DNA of 63,177 nucleotides, filler included, from Choristocarpus tenellus KU-1152 (lineage: Eukaryota > Protista > Phaeophyceae): the NCBI GenBank assembly GCA_964200185.2. It is 13 parts of 13 records of this genome, joined end to end, with 100 filler letters (N's around TTAATTAATTAA, not from the genome) between each part and the next. Parts side by side here need not be neighbours in the genome. Positions count along the whole stretch, not along the records: positions 60,237 to 63,177 come from CAXNAD020023491.1; 12 more parts are not named here. One strand, given 5' to 3'. Position numbers and translations under genes: made by a program. Numbering within the stretch: position 1 is the stretch's first letter; each line of letters begins with the position of its first letter. The notes beneath the pieces are model-generated. The model ran no database searches. It saw only the letters and a program-made list of their open reading frames with translations, and had not been told where the DNA came from. Below are positions 62,977 to 63,177 of the stretch, one piece after another.

Positions 62977-63014
62977 TTTTCATTGCCTTTTCATTGCCTT
63001 TTCATTGCCTTTTC
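62977..63014 (+). repeat. 11-bp tandem repeat (TTTTCATTGCC)x3
   Basis: Direct reading of the sequence. Confidence 0.85.
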
Positions 63015-63116
63015 CTCTAACACAATTGTAATATGTGAGAGGTTATAATAATAAAAATATATAAACTCACCATAATACTATCTCTTTCAAACAACCTTAT
63101 AGTTGTAGATAAGTAT

Positions 63117-63177
63117 GGGCATATATATTATTATGCCCTCTGACATTTTGCAGATGTGTCAGGGGGGAAACCAATGA
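63117..63177 (-). repeat. Dispersed repeat (family D), also at about 10853-10912 (+) and weakly at about 50628-50670 (+)
   Basis: The shared sequence is CCTGACACAT(C/A)..CA(A/G)AATGTCAGAGGGCATAATAATAT. Confidence 0.65.

Overview
This is eukaryotic, intron-rich and repeat-rich DNA, probably from a brown alga or related ochrophyte. That attribution is an inference from the gene content, intron style and TTAGGG-type tracts. The window is not one locus: it is 13 draft contigs joined by 12 artificial 100-bp linkers (N44-TTAATTAATTAA-N44). Spliced host genes I could reconstruct by eye are a BAR-domain protein, a CS/p23-domain co-chaperone, a TKL-type protein kinase, cytochrome c1 (head-to-head with an uncharacterised coiled-coil gene), tRNase Z, one exon of ALDH12-type P5C dehydrogenase, the C-terminus of a GIGYF/Smy2-like protein, and a complete GT47/exostosin glycosyltransferase. 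The rest is mostly decayed copia, gypsy, non-LTR and DNA-transposon relics. The most striking signal is a pair of abundant MITE families: A (about 258 bp, 11 copies) and B (about 180 bp, 9 copies). Their interiors differ, but they share a bipartite, asymmetric end architecture: an AAAGTATCT box, then a spacer of 16-19 bp at one end and 26-31 bp at the other, then a GTCCATTTGG box. They make both 3-bp and 4-bp target-site duplications, which empty sites in a second copy of a host solo LTR support. No transposase for them is evident in the window. No CRISPR array, rRNA or convincing tRNA was found.
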